In this document: in pieces, positions 30,109 through 41,250 of the stretch | Position numbering within the stretch: position 1 is the first letter of the stretch | How the letters are laid out: every line of letters begins with the position of its first letter | Origin: Nitrospirota bacterium | GTDB lineage: Bacteria; Nitrospirota; Nitrospiria; Nitrospirales; NS-4 | Assembly: GCA_963788195.1 (NCBI GenBank) | Contig: CAWBGA010000017.1 | Span: 608,001-672,000, forward strand | Length of the DNA: 64,000 nt | Direction: 5' to 3' | Program-made: the position numbers and the translations under genes | The notes under the pieces: model-generated | Told to the model about the DNA's origin: nothing | The model's database searches: none | The model's input: the letters and a program-made list of their open reading frames with translations, nothing else

Positions 30109-31098
30109 TTGTCGTCACCGTCCTGGCTTTTTCAATACGGTACGTGGCTTTTCGCGCACTCTATAGGTGGAGCAGTGCCAGCGTCACGCGTTGTCGATGA
30201 CACGATCGTGCAGGCGTTACGCGCGCCATCGATAGTCTGGTGCGTCCTGATTGGAATGTACAGCGCGCTTGCCTCTGCGCAGTTGCCGGGCGAATTGCGC
30301 CTGGTGATTTTGAATGTCGTGAATGTGCTGCTGGTCCTCTCCGTGACCGCGGCGGCCGCCAGCCTTTCCCGCGCCACGCTGAGTCACTCCCTTCGGAAGA
30401 ACAATCTCGCCATCCCCGCCACGGGGCTGTCGCTGACTTTCATAACGGTCGTGATCTGGGTCGTGGGGATCCTCGTCATGCTGAGCGGGCTCGGAGTCTC
30501 GATCACGCCCATCCTCACTGCCCTGGGAGTCGGTGGCCTCGCGGTCGCATTAGCCCTGCAAGACACCCTGTCGAATTTCTTTGCCGGCCTGCACCTGTTG
30601 ATGGATCAGCCGCTCCGTGTCGGCGATTTTGTAAAGCTGGAGTCTGGTCAGGAGGGGTATGTCGAAGACATCGGGTGGCGCACGACGCGCATCCGGATGC
30701 TTCCCAACAATATCGTCATCATCCCGAATAATAAGGTCACCCAATCTATTTTGACGAATTACTACCTGCCTGAGCCGCGCATGGCGCTGTTGATACCCAT
30801 TAGTGTTTCCTATGATGTCGACCCCGATACGGTGGAACGCGTGCTGGTGGAAGAGGCCAGCCAAGGGATCGGCCAGATTCAAGGACTGCTGGCGGAACCC
30901 GCGCCGTTCGTGCGATTTATTCCGGGCTTCGGGACTTCATCTTTGGACTTTACCTTGATCTGCCAGGTTCGGGAATTTACAGATCAATATCTGGTCCAGC
31001 ATGAGCTTCGAAAACGTATTTTGAGACGATTCAAAGCCGAAGGCATCGTGATCCCCTATCCCCAGCAGACGGTCCATCTGCATACTGCCCCACCTTGA
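30109..31098 (+). CDS. MscS-family mechanosensitive channel (true start uncertain)
   Basis: LGVGGLAVALALQDTLSNFFAG..P.RVGDFV..IGWRTTRI..IPN. Confidence 0.9.
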   Translation: MSSPSWLFQYGTWLFAHSIGGAVPASRVVDDTIVQALRAPSIVWCVLIGMYSALASAQLPGELRLVILNVVNVLLVLSVTAAAASLSRATLSHSLRKNNLAIPATGLSLTFITVVIWVVGILVMLSGLGVSITPILTALGVGGLAVALALQDTLSNFFAGLHLLMDQPLRVGDFVKLESGQEGYVEDIGWRTTRIRMLPNNIVIIPNNKVTQSILTNYYLPEPRMALLIPISVSYDVDPDTVERVLVEEASQGIGQIQGLLAEPAPFVRFIPGFGTSSLDFTLICQVREFTDQYLVQHELRKRILRRFKAEGIVIPYPQQTVHLHTAPP

Positions 31099-31158
31099 CG
31101 CGGGCCGCTAAATTAGGCAAAAGAGAGCCAAGACAGGTACACTCGAGCTCATCAGGGA

Positions 31159-31386
31159 GTGACCATGCGCATCCTGCTCGCTGCGATCCTGCTTTTGACC
31201 CTCAGCTTGGCCGGCTGCGGAGGTGACGCGGCGCATGACTTGTTCGACGCCGCACAACTGGAGGAGCGTCAAAACAATCCCACGCACGCCAAGGAGCTGT
31301 ACCAGCGGATTCTGGCTAAGCATCCAGGGAGTGAGTATGCCCCCAAAGCCCAGGAGCGCCTTCGGGCTTTGGAAAAAGGGGGCTGA
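31159..31386 (+). CDS. Small TPR-like lipoprotein
   Basis: Lipobox LAGC; AKELYQRIL..HPGSEYA. Confidence 0.7.
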   Translation: MTMRILLAAILLLTLSLAGCGGDAAHDLFDAAQLEERQNNPTHAKELYQRILAKHPGSEYAPKAQERLRALEKGG

Positions 31387-31568
31387 CCCGACATCCTACG
31401 GTCGACGCGACATGTAAGAGGAGATCGTTCATCCCGCTATGAATGTGTGCCGGGTTACTGATTTCTAGTTCCTTCGTACACAGACCTCGCCGCCTCCCTA
31501 CGCTATCCTGACAAGCTACTCCGTACGACGGTTTCGTTTGTCGGCAAAATCCTTACGAGGCACAACAC

Positions 31569-33189
31569 ATGCTGAGCTTTTTCCCGTTCATCGGCATCAA
31601 TGAGATTCTGCCATTCCTCATGGGCATTCTTGGACTCCTGATGACGTGGGAGTTGCACGACCTGGGGGTACGGGCCGGCCGCATTCAGGCTCTCGATATC
31701 AGCGACCCGTCAGTGGTCCGGACATGGATTCGCAATCATTCAAGCGCGCTCACGTCCATCTACGCAACCCCGGAGGACTCCTCCTCCTGCAACGCTTGCC
31801 GGGAGGCCGGCCCCACAGTGTTCTCCGCGGCCCTTGCTCGACGTGGCGAACGGCGCCTGGCGGCGCAATATGAGGTGACAAGAGTGCTGGCCGAGTCCTC
31901 CTCCTTGCAAGACGCCGGACCGGGTATTCTCAAAGCCATTGGGGAAAGCCTGGACTGGGAACTGGGAATTTTTTGGAGAGTGGACGAGCAGCAGGGGGTG
32001 CTCCGCGCAGTAGACAGCTGGCACGCCTCGAACGTGCCGCCCACGGAGTTCGTCGCGCATAACACGCAGCGAAGTTTGGGCGAGAGCAGCGGACTGCCCG
32101 GCCGTGTGTGGGCGAGTGCCGCTCCGGCCTGGACTCAAGCCATCGTGGAGGATGCGGACTTTTCCCGTCGGGCGTTCGCGGCCAAAGCGGGCCTGCACGG
32201 CGCCTTTGCGTTTCCCGTCCGCAGCGGAAGCCCAGATCTATGGTGTGATCGAATTTTTCAGCCGTGCGATTCGCGAGCCGGACGGTGATGTGATCAATAT
32301 GGTCGACGAGATCGGGATCAAAATCGGCCAGTTCCTTGAGCGCGAGCAGACCGAACTAGCTTTGCGCCAAACCGAGGCGAAACTCATTGAGGAGGCCAAG
32401 CTGGCTGAGGTGGCAAGGATGGTCGCTGACATCGGCCATGATCTCAAGAATCTCTTAACGCCGATCGTGCTGGGCGCGAGCCATGTGCACGGCGAGCTCG
32501 AGGAATGCGAGAGCAAGCTGCCTCAGCTTGATCCGGAGCAAACACGCGCCATACTGGTACAAAGCAAGGAAGTCCTCACGATGATTCAAAAGGGCGCGCG
32601 CCGAATTGAGCACCGGGTGCGGGAGATTGGAGACTCAGTCAAGGGATTGAGCACCGCGCCGCAATTCAGCCAATGCCGCGTGGCTGACATCGTCACCGAT
32701 GTCTTAGAGACGCTGCGCCTGCTTGCCGATGAACAGGCAGTTGTACTGCGTGTTGAGCAGCTCGACGCGTTGCCGCCGATTATGGCCGACGAGACCCGGC
32801 TCTTTAACGCCCTGTACAACCTCGTCAACAATGCGATTCCCGAGGTGCCCCGTGATGGGTCTGTGACAGTGCGCGGCCAATGGGACCCGGACGCGAACTT
32901 TGTGGTCCTGTCAGTCGAAGACACCGGACGCGGCATACCCCCCGAAGTCCTGGAGAGTCTGTTTACCTATCGATCGCCCAGCCGAAAACACGGTGGCACG
33001 GGTCTGGGAACAAAGATCGTGAAAGACGTAGTTGAAACTCACGGCGGCATTCTGAGCATGAACAGTAATCCTGGCGCGGGCACCACCTTTTTTCTTACCC
33101 TGCCCATCGATGGCCCGGCTGTTCCCCGTAGCAATCCCACGCACGCCAAGGAGCTGTACCAGATCATGCACGGTCGACGCGACGTGTAA
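31569..33189 (+). CDS. GAF-sensor histidine kinase (frameshift near 32235)
   Basis: GAF (GLPGRVW..AFAFPV/..GVIEFF), H-box IGHDLKNLL, NLVNNA, DTGRGI, GTGLG. Confidence 0.8.
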
Positions 33190-33335
33190 GAGGAGATCGT
33201 TCACCCCGCTATAAATGTGTGCCGGGTTACTGATTTCTAGTACCTCCGTACACAGACCTCGCCGCCTCGCTACGCTATCCTGACAAGCAGGGAGTGAGTA
33301 TGCCCCAAAGCCCAGGAGCGGCTTCGGGCTTTGGA
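33132..33335 (+). repeat. Rearranged duplicate of 31275-31517
   Basis: Three blocks (about 31, 119 and 48 bp) nearly identical but in a different order. Confidence 0.85.
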
Positions 33336-33383
33336 CGCTCGGCAATCTGTACCTGATTCAGTTTTTTTGAAAGGATAAACCCA

Positions 33384-34832
33384 ATGACACGATGGATCAC
33401 ACTCGCGTTCGCCGTGCTGCTGTTCAGCCCAGACGTGTGGGGGGCCACGGGCCCCATCAATGTTTCTAGCGCCACGAAGCAGGGGAACTATGCCTTTGTC
33501 GTCGCGCATGACTTTGGGACGCCCGCCGATGATAGCAACAACCTCACGCGCTCCACGCTCCGGATCTTTGAGAACGGGACCGAACTCCTGCCAGCGCACG
33601 CCCCGCATGCCGACATTCGCAGCACCGGGAACGGCCGCTTTAGTCATTGGCAGACGAATCTCTATTTTTCGTCCTCCGATCGCACGAACCCCAAGAAGAA
33701 TGGGCGGGCCTATACCTATTCGACGACCACGGTGACGGTGCCACCGCCGCCCCCGCCGCCAACTCCCCTGACCCCGCCCCCGTCTGGGACCAAGAAGTAT
33801 CCTCCGGAGACGACCTATAACGGCTCCAAGTCCGTGTCCTTCGTCACCAGGCCAGGGTATCTGAGTTCGTACATTGATCCGGCGTTTGGGACGAAGGTCA
33901 CGCGCGTGAGCGATGAGTCCCTCAATGTGGATGCGTCGCACCTGATTAATTGTTACCCCAAGACGCAGCCCTGGAATAGCGATATGAGTTTGGTGATGCT
34001 CTGTGGCGCAGCCGTGGTTCTGAACGGGTCAGACTACACCGTCTATAAGAAGCCAGGGTGGCACAACGATGCCCGCTGGTCTACGGTCGATCCGAACAGC
34101 ATGTTCTATACCACCGGCAGTCAGTTTCGGAAATGGAACGTCCGGACAGGCGCCGATGTACTCGTGCGCTCGTTCACCGAGGGGAACATCAAGATCGGCA
34201 ATGGCGAGGGCAACATCTCCGTGGGTGATAAGTACGTCGCCCTCATGGTGGGCACGCTCGTCATCGTGTATGACATTCCCAACAACACCATCGTGGCGAA
34301 AAAGGATGTCGGGAGCGTGGCGAGTGATTGGGCGTCCATGTCCCAATCCGGCGACAAGGTGGTGCTCTCGAATAACGGGGGCGCGGGGGTCTGGTCGTAT
34401 GATCGCATGCTGAATCCCATCAAGAAGCTCTTTGGGATGGCCGGCCACGCCGACATTGGCTACGACATCGCCGGAGTGGAAGTCTATGCGCAGGTGTGCG
34501 TCCCAATGGCGTATGCCCGGCTGTCCGACGGCTCGACCACGAACTTGCTGCCGAGTACGCAGGATTGTGGCCATCTGTCCGCGCGGAGCTATCAACGCAC
34601 AGGGTGGGTTCTGAAATCGGGCGAAGGGGAAGTGTATGCCATCAAGCTCAACGGGTCCGGCATCGTCCAGCGGTGGGCCCATGAGCGGACGCGCAACAAC
34701 ACCTATGAGAACTCCGCAATGGGGGTGGTGAGTCCTGATGGGACGAAGGTCATGTGGAATAGTGACTTCTGTGCGGGGGGCACGGGGGCACCTGGCTGTC
34801 CCGTCTACGCGTACATCGCGGAAATGCCCTGA
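33384..34832 (+). CDS. Secreted protein: small N-domain, Pro linker, probable beta-propeller
   Basis: Signal peptide; PPPPPPP linker; SPDGTKVMWNSD-type blade motifs. Confidence 0.7.
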   Translation: MTRWITLAFAVLLFSPDVWGATGPINVSSATKQGNYAFVVAHDFGTPADDSNNLTRSTLRIFENGTELLPAHAPHADIRSTGNGRFSHWQTNLYFSSSDRTNPKKNGRAYTYSTTTVTVPPPPPPPTPLTPPPSGTKKYPPETTYNGSKSVSFVTRPGYLSSYIDPAFGTKVTRVSDESLNVDASHLINCYPKTQPWNSDMSLVMLCGAAVVLNGSDYTVYKKPGWHNDARWSTVDPNSMFYTTGSQFRKWNVRTGADVLVRSFTEGNIKIGNGEGNISVGDKYVALMVGTLVIVYDIPNNTIVAKKDVGSVASDWASMSQSGDKVVLSNNGGAGVWSYDRMLNPIKKLFGMAGHADIGYDIAGVEVYAQVCVPMAYARLSDGSTTNLLPSTQDCGHLSARSYQRTGWVLKSGEGEVYAIKLNGSGIVQRWAHERTRNNTYENSAMGVVSPDGTKVMWNSDFCAGGTGAPGCPVYAYIAEMP

Positions 34833-35101
34833 CGGAGGAGCAATTGATAATGTTTAAGAAGCTCCATCCCGCGGCATCCACCACGCCGGTCGCGGGATGG
34901 GGAATGACCCCAGAGACACCCACTGGCGAACAAAAACATATCCGGAGATCCGCCGACGCAATGCCGGCCACGCTTAATGGAGTGACATTGACGGCAATGC
35001 CCGCATGGCCACTGGTGTTCGGGGCTACCACGGGCACGATGGTGACCGCATAGCTCGCCGTACGATCTTCAACAACACGACTGGGGCCTTCACCCTCACC
35101 G

Positions 35102-36934
35102 TCAAGACTTCTGCCGGGTGGAAAAAGGGGGCTGATCGGCCGGGCTAGTTGGAAAAGGCGGGAAGCCTACGGTGAATCGCGTGCCCCTTCCCCTGTTCGC
35201 GGCGGCCACAGTTCCGCAGTGCGCTTCCACCAGGTGCTTCACGATCGCAAGCCCCAGCCCGGTCCCGCCCAACTCACGCGAGCGCGCCTTATCGACTCGA
35301 TAAAAGCGCTCGAAGATGCGCGACAGGTCCGCCTCGGGAATGCCTATGCCCGTATCATCAATGTGGATCTCGATCATCCCACCATTTTCCACCATTGTAA
35401 TCGTGAGTGTCCCCTGGTCCGGCGTGTACTTGATGGCGTTGTCCAGGAGGTTTGAGAACACCTGTCCCAAGCGTTCGGCATCCCCCAATACCAGAGGCAG
35501 CGTTGTCGGAATGTCCATCACGATCTTGTGCCGTTTACGATCAATCTGATGGCTGAAGAGGCTCAGGGTCCGATTGAGCAGAGGCGCCAACTCCACCCCT
35601 TGTTGTTGGAGCGGAATTTGGCCCGACTCGATTTTCGACAACAGCAGCAGGTCGGTAATGATCACGTTCAACCGGTCCGTGTGTGTTTCAATGATCTCCA
35701 AAAACCGCCGCCGTTGCTCCAGGTCGACCTTGGGATCGTCCCGAAGCGCCTCCACATACCCCTTAATGGCCGTAATCGGCGTGCGTAGTTCGTGCGAGAC
35801 ATTGGCGACAAAATCTTTTCGCACCTGTTCCAGCCGCCGGAGTTCGGTAATATCGTGAAAGACCAGCACGAGGCCAGCCGAGCGGTCCTGATCCGGCGCA
35901 AGGCTCGATGCGTAGACCTCGAAAATACGGCCTGGACCGCGTCCCAAGCCGGATCTCCGTCGTCTGGGCGTCTCCGGAAAGGGCTTGAGAAATGAACTCG
36001 TTTAACCTCGTCTGCCGGATCACCTCCCAGTAGCTCTTTCCGGTCAAGACGGATTCCTGTCGTCCGATCATCCGCTCCATTGCGGGATTGATGAGGCGCA
36101 GTGTGCCGTCAACGGTCAACACCATCACGCCTTCCTGCATCGCGATCAGAGTGGCGGCCATTTTCGCGCGGTCCTCCTTCAGAGAGTCGATTTTTTCCTC
36201 CATCGAGTCCGCCATTTGATTGAGCACCCGCGCGAGATCAGACAACTCATCGTTGGACGCAGGCCGAATCCGCTGTTTAAACTCCCCGCCAACCATGCGG
36301 TTCGCCGCCACGACCATCTGCGCGAGAGGGCGGGTGATGTTCCGTGGCCAGAAGGAAGCTCAGCCCCAGGGAGAGCAGGAATGCCAAGGCCGACGCGAGG
36401 ATCAAGGCGTTTCGCAACCCACGGTGCTGCTCCTCGATCTGGGTAAGAGGCAGAGACAATCGCACGATACCGAGCACGGGCTCAGACGGTGAGGACTGGA
36501 CTGGGAGGGCGACATTGAGCATCCGCATTCTCACCGTCTCACTCAAACGGATGCTGCTGCCCAGGCCCTTCGCGAGAGCGTCGCGCACCTCGGGACGCGA
36601 CAGATGATTGTCCATGCTTTGAAGCGCCGGCTCCGGATTCGTACGAGTCGCCCAGGACCTTTCCATCGGGGGCTATGACCGTGATACGCGCGTCAACCGA
36701 TTCGCCAAATCTATCGGCAAGCGAGTCAATTTGCTGCATGTCAGGCGGGATGCGTTTGAGGGACTCCGTAAATAGTTCTCCGACAAGCCGGGCTTGCGCG
36801 GTCAGGCCGGCGGCGAGATGCTCCCTGTCCCGGGACTCGAAGACACCCAAGGCCAGCCAACCCGCGGCGCCCAGGCTCACGACCGCCACGACCAGATAGC
36901 CGGCAAGGATTTTCCATTGGAGAGGCAGCCGCAT
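35102..36934 (-). CDS. phoR: PhoR-type sensor kinase (three frameshifts)
   Basis: ORFs 36539-36934, 36277-36666, 35763-36317, 35102-35947; NHLSRPEV, HAMP, PAS, DFVANVSHELRTP, FERFYRVDKARSR. Confidence 0.85.
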
Positions 36935-37653
36935 CAGGACTCGTCGCCGGTGTCCCGCAGCTTGTACCCCAGCGATTTAATCGAGAGGATCGCCTTCTCC
37001 AGCAGCGGGAGCTTCTGTTTGAGGCGTCGAATGTGGACGTCCACCGTGCGCGTTGTGCCGTGGTAGTCATAGCCCCACACCGAATTGAGCAACACATCGC
37101 GGGTCTGCACCCGTCCCCGGTTCCTGAGCAACTGCTCCAACAAGCCGAACTCTTTGGCGGTGAGAATCACCTCCTGATTTCCTACCCAGACCTCATGCCG
37201 AACAGGGTCGAGTCTCAGCGCGCCATAGACAGAGGGCACGCCGTCATCGTCCCGTCGCTCCGCGCGGCGCAGCAGGGCCTTTACGCGCGCCACCAGCTCC
37301 TTTGGGCTGAACGGCTTCGTAAGATAGTCATCGGCGCCGAGCTCCAAGCCCACCACGCGGTCCGTTTCCTCCGCTTTCGCGGTTAACATGATGACGGGCA
37401 CGAGGCTCCTGCCTGTATCGGCACGCAGCTTGCGGCACAGTTCGAGACCGTCCATCCCCGGCAACATCAAGTCCAGGACAATCAAGTCCGGGCGCTCTCG
37501 CTGCGCGGCTGACAGGCCTGCCGGCCCGTCGGTGGCGCTCAGAACCCGGTAGCCTTCCTTTTGCAAATAATGAGTGACGAGTTCAAGAATGTCGCGCTCA
37601 TCTTCAACGATGAGGATTTTGCGGGCCGGCGTCATCGGTCCGAAAGCGGCCAA
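36934..37653 (-). CDS. phoB: PhoB/PhoP response regulator
   Basis: ILIVEDE, LDLMLPG, KPFSP, TRTVDVHIRRL; adjacent to phoR and pst. Confidence 0.85.
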   Translation of the reverse strand: MAAFGPMTPARKILIVEDERDILELVTHYLQKEGYRVLSATDGPAGLSAAQRERPDLIVLDLMLPGMDGLELCRKLRADTGRSLVPVIMLTAKAEETDRVVGLELGADDYLTKPFSPKELVARVKALLRRAERRDDDGVPSVYGALRLDPVRHEVWVGNQEVILTAKEFGLLEQLLRNRGRVQTRDVLLNSVWGYDYHGTTRTVDVHIRRLKQKLPLLEKAILSIKSLGYKLRDTGDES

Positions 37654-37683
37654 TGCATCTGGCCCCGTGACGGCACTGATGGC

Positions 37684-38202
37684 TTAGGAGCGGCTTCCAA
37701 GACGACGCAAGACCTTGGGCGGGATCAACCAGATCAGTCTTCCGGCGCCGGCTTGGGGCTGACCGGCGAAATGGACTGCGCACGCCGCGGCCTTTTTGAC
37801 CTCTATGGACGCCGCTGTTTTCCCTGAGATGGTAGCCGAGATAGTGGTGCTGAGATGAGGCTCATGCCCGACGCAGAGGACCACTGAGTCCTTGGGAGAG
37901 TGTGCGAGGCGGGTCAAGAGGCGTTCGGGCGGGGCATCCGGCGACAGGTCCTCGACGACCTCAATCTTCGCGTTGACGCCGAGCGCCTCCTGTACAAGTT
38001 CAGCCGTCTGTTGGGCGCGTACCAGGGGACTGCTCAGCAGGACGTCAGGCCGTACTTTCAAGGCACGGAGGCCCTGAGCCGCAAGTTTGGTGCTTTCGGC
38101 GCCCGCCTTCGTGAGCGGACGGTCGTCATCGTCGCCTTCCCACTCTTCATGATCCACTGCAATGCCATGTCTAAAAAAGATGACGTCCATGTCTTGCTCC
38201 AA
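37684..38202 (-). CDS. sixA: SixA phosphohistidine phosphatase
   Basis: RHGIA, RPLT, SSPLVRA.QTA, VGHEP. Confidence 0.85.
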   Translation of the reverse strand: MEQDMDVIFFRHGIAVDHEEWEGDDDDRPLTKAGAESTKLAAQGLRALKVRPDVLLSSPLVRAQQTAELVQEALGVNAKIEVVEDLSPDAPPERLLTRLAHSPKDSVVLCVGHEPHLSTTISATISGKTAASIEVKKAAACAVHFAGQPQAGAGRLIWLIPPKVLRRLGSRS

Positions 38203-38234
38203 TCAAGGCACCCGATCGCATGATCGCCGAGGCG

Positions 38235-39008
38235 CTACGTCGCGGTCGCCGATTCTGCTGTGTCCGGAGGGTTCCCAGGCTTTTCACCGGCCTTTGGCCG
38301 CTCGATACGCCGGCGGCTGCGATCTTGTAGAATGGGAAGAATTCTCGCGCGCAAGGCGTCCTGGATCTCTTCAGGCGAGCGACGGGCGTCCACGACTTGA
38401 AACGCAAACTCCTCAGCCATGCGGTCGAACTCTTCGATGATCATTCCCTGGTATTTTTTGAAACTGTCATACAGATCGGCGCCCAGGCGCATGTCCATAC
38501 CGGATTCCCAATAATTCATGCCCTTGCTCTCGATCACTCTCAAGGCGAGAGTCTCCACGTCGATGCGCAGATAGTACACGAGATCCGGCACGACGGCGAA
38601 ACCGAACACCTCCCGGATCCACTGCCGATCGCAGCCACGAACGACGTTTCGCGCCAGCGCGGTGTAGATATATCGGTCCGCGAGGACCACAAAACCGGAC
38701 CGCAGGGCCGGAATAATTTGGTGCTCCAGGCGGTCCGCAAAGTCCGTCGCATAGATCAAGCTGTAACTCCAGGCGTCCAGAATGTTGCCTTGCTTGGCGA
38801 TCTCGATCGTTTTGGACATCAGCGCGGACCGCGTCCAGCCGGTGGTCAGCACACCGTAGCCTTGCACTTCCAACCAGTGTTGGAGTGCTTCAATGTGCGT
38901 CGAGCGACCGACGCCGTCAGGTCCTTCGATCGCAATCAGCTTGCCTTTAAGGCCGGTTAGACTCAGGTAAGGCAAACTTTCGCCAAAATAGCGCTTCTCG
39001 TCTGGCAT
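38235..39008 (-). CDS. Thymidylate-kinase-like protein 2 (variant P-loop)
   Basis: IAIEGPDGVGRST; LADRYIYT. Confidence 0.8.
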   Translation of the reverse strand: MPDEKRYFGESLPYLSLTGLKGKLIAIEGPDGVGRSTHIEALQHWLEVQGYGVLTTGWTRSALMSKTIEIAKQGNILDAWSYSLIYATDFADRLEHQIIPALRSGFVVLADRYIYTALARNVVRGCDRQWIREVFGFAVVPDLVYYLRIDVETLALRVIESKGMNYWESGMDMRLGADLYDSFKKYQGMIIEEFDRMAEEFAFQVVDARRSPEEIQDALRARILPILQDRSRRRIERPKAGEKPGNPPDTAESATAT

Positions 39009-39697
39009 GGGTTCCCCGTTTGGGTTTATAGGAAGCTAATACCGCGGACACAATCTCGCGCACTTGCGCCTGTTGCTCGTCGATTTCCTGAGTGGCATCT
39101 ATGACGGTCAGGTTGAATTCCTCGACGAGCTTGTCGTACTCGGCCAGCGCTCGTGACTGGAAGATCTTGAAACTCTCCACGAGATTCGTGCTCAGGTTGA
39201 GGTCCATGCCTGCTTCATAATACTTCAGCTCGGCGCGCGTCCCGCTCAGCAGGCGGGACACAGAGACCTCGATGGGCACGCGAAAATAAAAGGCGAGATC
39301 GGGCCTCACGGCAAAGCTGTACAGATTGCGAAGCCAGGTCGGCGACATGCCGCGCACGGCGTCCCGCGCGAAAGCCGTGTACATGTAGCGGTCGGCAAGC
39401 ACGATCATGCCGGCTTTCAGCGGAGGGAGAATCTGATGGTACAGGCGATTTGCGAAATCGGTGGCATGCAGCAGGCTGAAGGTGAGGGGCGTCAGGACTT
39501 TGGTCTTCTTACCGCGACGCGTCGTTTCCTTGACCAGCTCTGAAGAATTCCATTCCGTATAGAAGATATTATAGTCCTGGGACTCCAACCACTTCCGCAG
39601 CAGAGCTCAGTTGCGTGCTTTTTCCGGACCCGTCAATGCCTTCCACCAGGATGAGCTTGCCGGGATAGGGATGGGGGCCGGCCGGTTTGGCACTCAT
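38947..39697 (-). CDS. Thymidylate-kinase-like protein 1 (frameshift near 39605)
   Basis: Manual translation MSAKPAGPHPYPGKLILVEGIDGSGKSTQL joins ORF 38947-39588 (LADRYMYT); start overlaps ppx stop. Confidence 0.8.
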
Positions 39698-41247
39698 GTT
39701 TGTGGGTCAACCGCCATACGTGTCGTCAGCGCGATCTCCCGACCAAATGCGTCAGCAAGAATATCGCTGCGCTCCCTGCCCGCCCAGACCTCGAGCGCCG
39801 CGTCGTCAGTGGTCGTCAGGATGAGTTCTACAGTCTTTGCGCTAATCTTGCAATCAATAGACCCGACGACCCCGAAGTGGCTCCGGTCGAGCGCGTTCGC
39901 CACGCGTAGAATGCCGGCCAGAACCTGCAGGGTCGTGCGGTATTGGGGAGGGAGATCCTTCGCCGTCCGATGATCTTCTTCAGGGGGGGCCTTGCGGTGA
40001 TACCGCGCCACATTGCCGATCAGCTCAATTTCATCAGCTGTAAATCCCGCGAGATCGCTGTTTTTGATGAGATAATACGAGTGCTTATGGTGTTGCCGGG
40101 GGTTGATGAGGAAACCGATGTCGTGCAGGATGGCGGCGTATTCCAACCATGCGCGTTCGCGCTCCCCAAGCTGATGGAGGACCGTGGTCTGATCAAAGAT
40201 CTGCAAGGCGAGCCTGGCGACATGATGAGTGTGGACGACATCATACTGGCACTTGCGCGCCAAACGAATCACTTCCCGCCGGCACAGGTTCGGGATTTCA
40301 CTTTCGGCCTGTATGCCTTCGCGGTGCCGGTCCATGAAGTCGTGGAGGAGTCCGTCGCGGATGGCTTTGTCGCTCATGGTGAGTTCCCGGATCTTGAGAC
40401 GCCCCATGATCTTGCGCAGCACGATGCAGGCAGGCAGCAGCACATCGGCACGGCTCACGTCCAGGCCGGGGATTTCTCGACGCCGCGCAAGCGGCGTGTC
40501 GGTAAGAAGCTTTTCGGCCGCGACCACACCCTCATAGGGAAAGCGGGCCAGATTGAGCTGCTCCAACGGGCGACCCGTGTTCTGCAGGTGAATGATCTCT
40601 GCCAGATTCCCGATCATGCCGGAGGTGCCGACAAATTCCTCGAATCCCACTTTTTTGAATTGCGGCAGAGCTTTTTGTAACTGCGCGTCTATAGCTTTCT
40701 CAAGTTGCTCCATACCCTCCCGCGAATTCGCGGGTTTCAGATAGAGATCGTTGAGCCGCAATGCGCCAAGCTTCAGGCTGGCCGCGCAAAGCAGCTCCCG
40801 GCGGTTGCCGATGATCAATTCGACGGAGCCACCTCCAAGATCGGCGATCAAAACATTGCGGTCCCCGAAGTCCATGCTTTGCCGGACGCCCAGATAAATC
40901 AATCGCGCCTCCTCCAGGCCGGTGACGACCCGGATGCGCACGTTGGCTTGGCGTTCCACATTTTCGATCAACTCGGCTCCATTCGCGGCCTCTCTGACCG
41001 CACTCGTGGCGACCGCCTCGATGCGCGTGACGCCGCGGTTGCGTGCGAGCGCGGCAAAGCCACGGACCACGTCGGTTCCGTTCGCAATAGCCTCCGCGGA
41101 GAATCGGCCGGTTTTAAACGTGTCTTCCCCGAGCCGGGTCACATGCTTATGGCGATCGATGACCTTGTGGGAAAAATCCGGCTGAATTTCGGCAATAATC
41201 ATGTGGATGGAGTTACTGCCGACGTCTATGAGGGCGAGCTTGAGCAT
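39694..41247 (-). CDS. ppx: Exopolyphosphatase Ppx/GppA with HD domain
   Basis: IDVGSNS, ATSAVREA.N, EEARL, DLGGGSVE, LHDIG. Confidence 0.92.
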   Translation of the reverse strand: MLKLALIDVGSNSIHMIIAEIQPDFSHKVIDRHKHVTRLGEDTFKTGRFSAEAIANGTDVVRGFAALARNRGVTRIEAVATSAVREAANGAELIENVERQANVRIRVVTGLEEARLIYLGVRQSMDFGDRNVLIADLGGGSVELIIGNRRELLCAASLKLGALRLNDLYLKPANSREGMEQLEKAIDAQLQKALPQFKKVGFEEFVGTSGMIGNLAEIIHLQNTGRPLEQLNLARFPYEGVVAAEKLLTDTPLARRREIPGLDVSRADVLLPACIVLRKIMGRLKIRELTMSDKAIRDGLLHDFMDRHREGIQAESEIPNLCRREVIRLARKCQYDVVHTHHVARLALQIFDQTTVLHQLGERERAWLEYAAILHDIGFLINPRQHHKHSYYLIKNSDLAGFTADEIELIGNVARYHRKAPPEEDHRTAKDLPPQYRTTLQVLAGILRVANALDRSHFGVVGSIDCKISAKTVELILTTTDDAALEVWAGRERSDILADAFGREIALTTRMAVDPQT

Positions 41248-41250
41248 ACC

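Noticed and set aside
34844..35053. 69-aa ORF after the secreted protein
   Set aside because: It has an RBS-like sequence but no recognisable motif and may be a fragment; not enough support to call.
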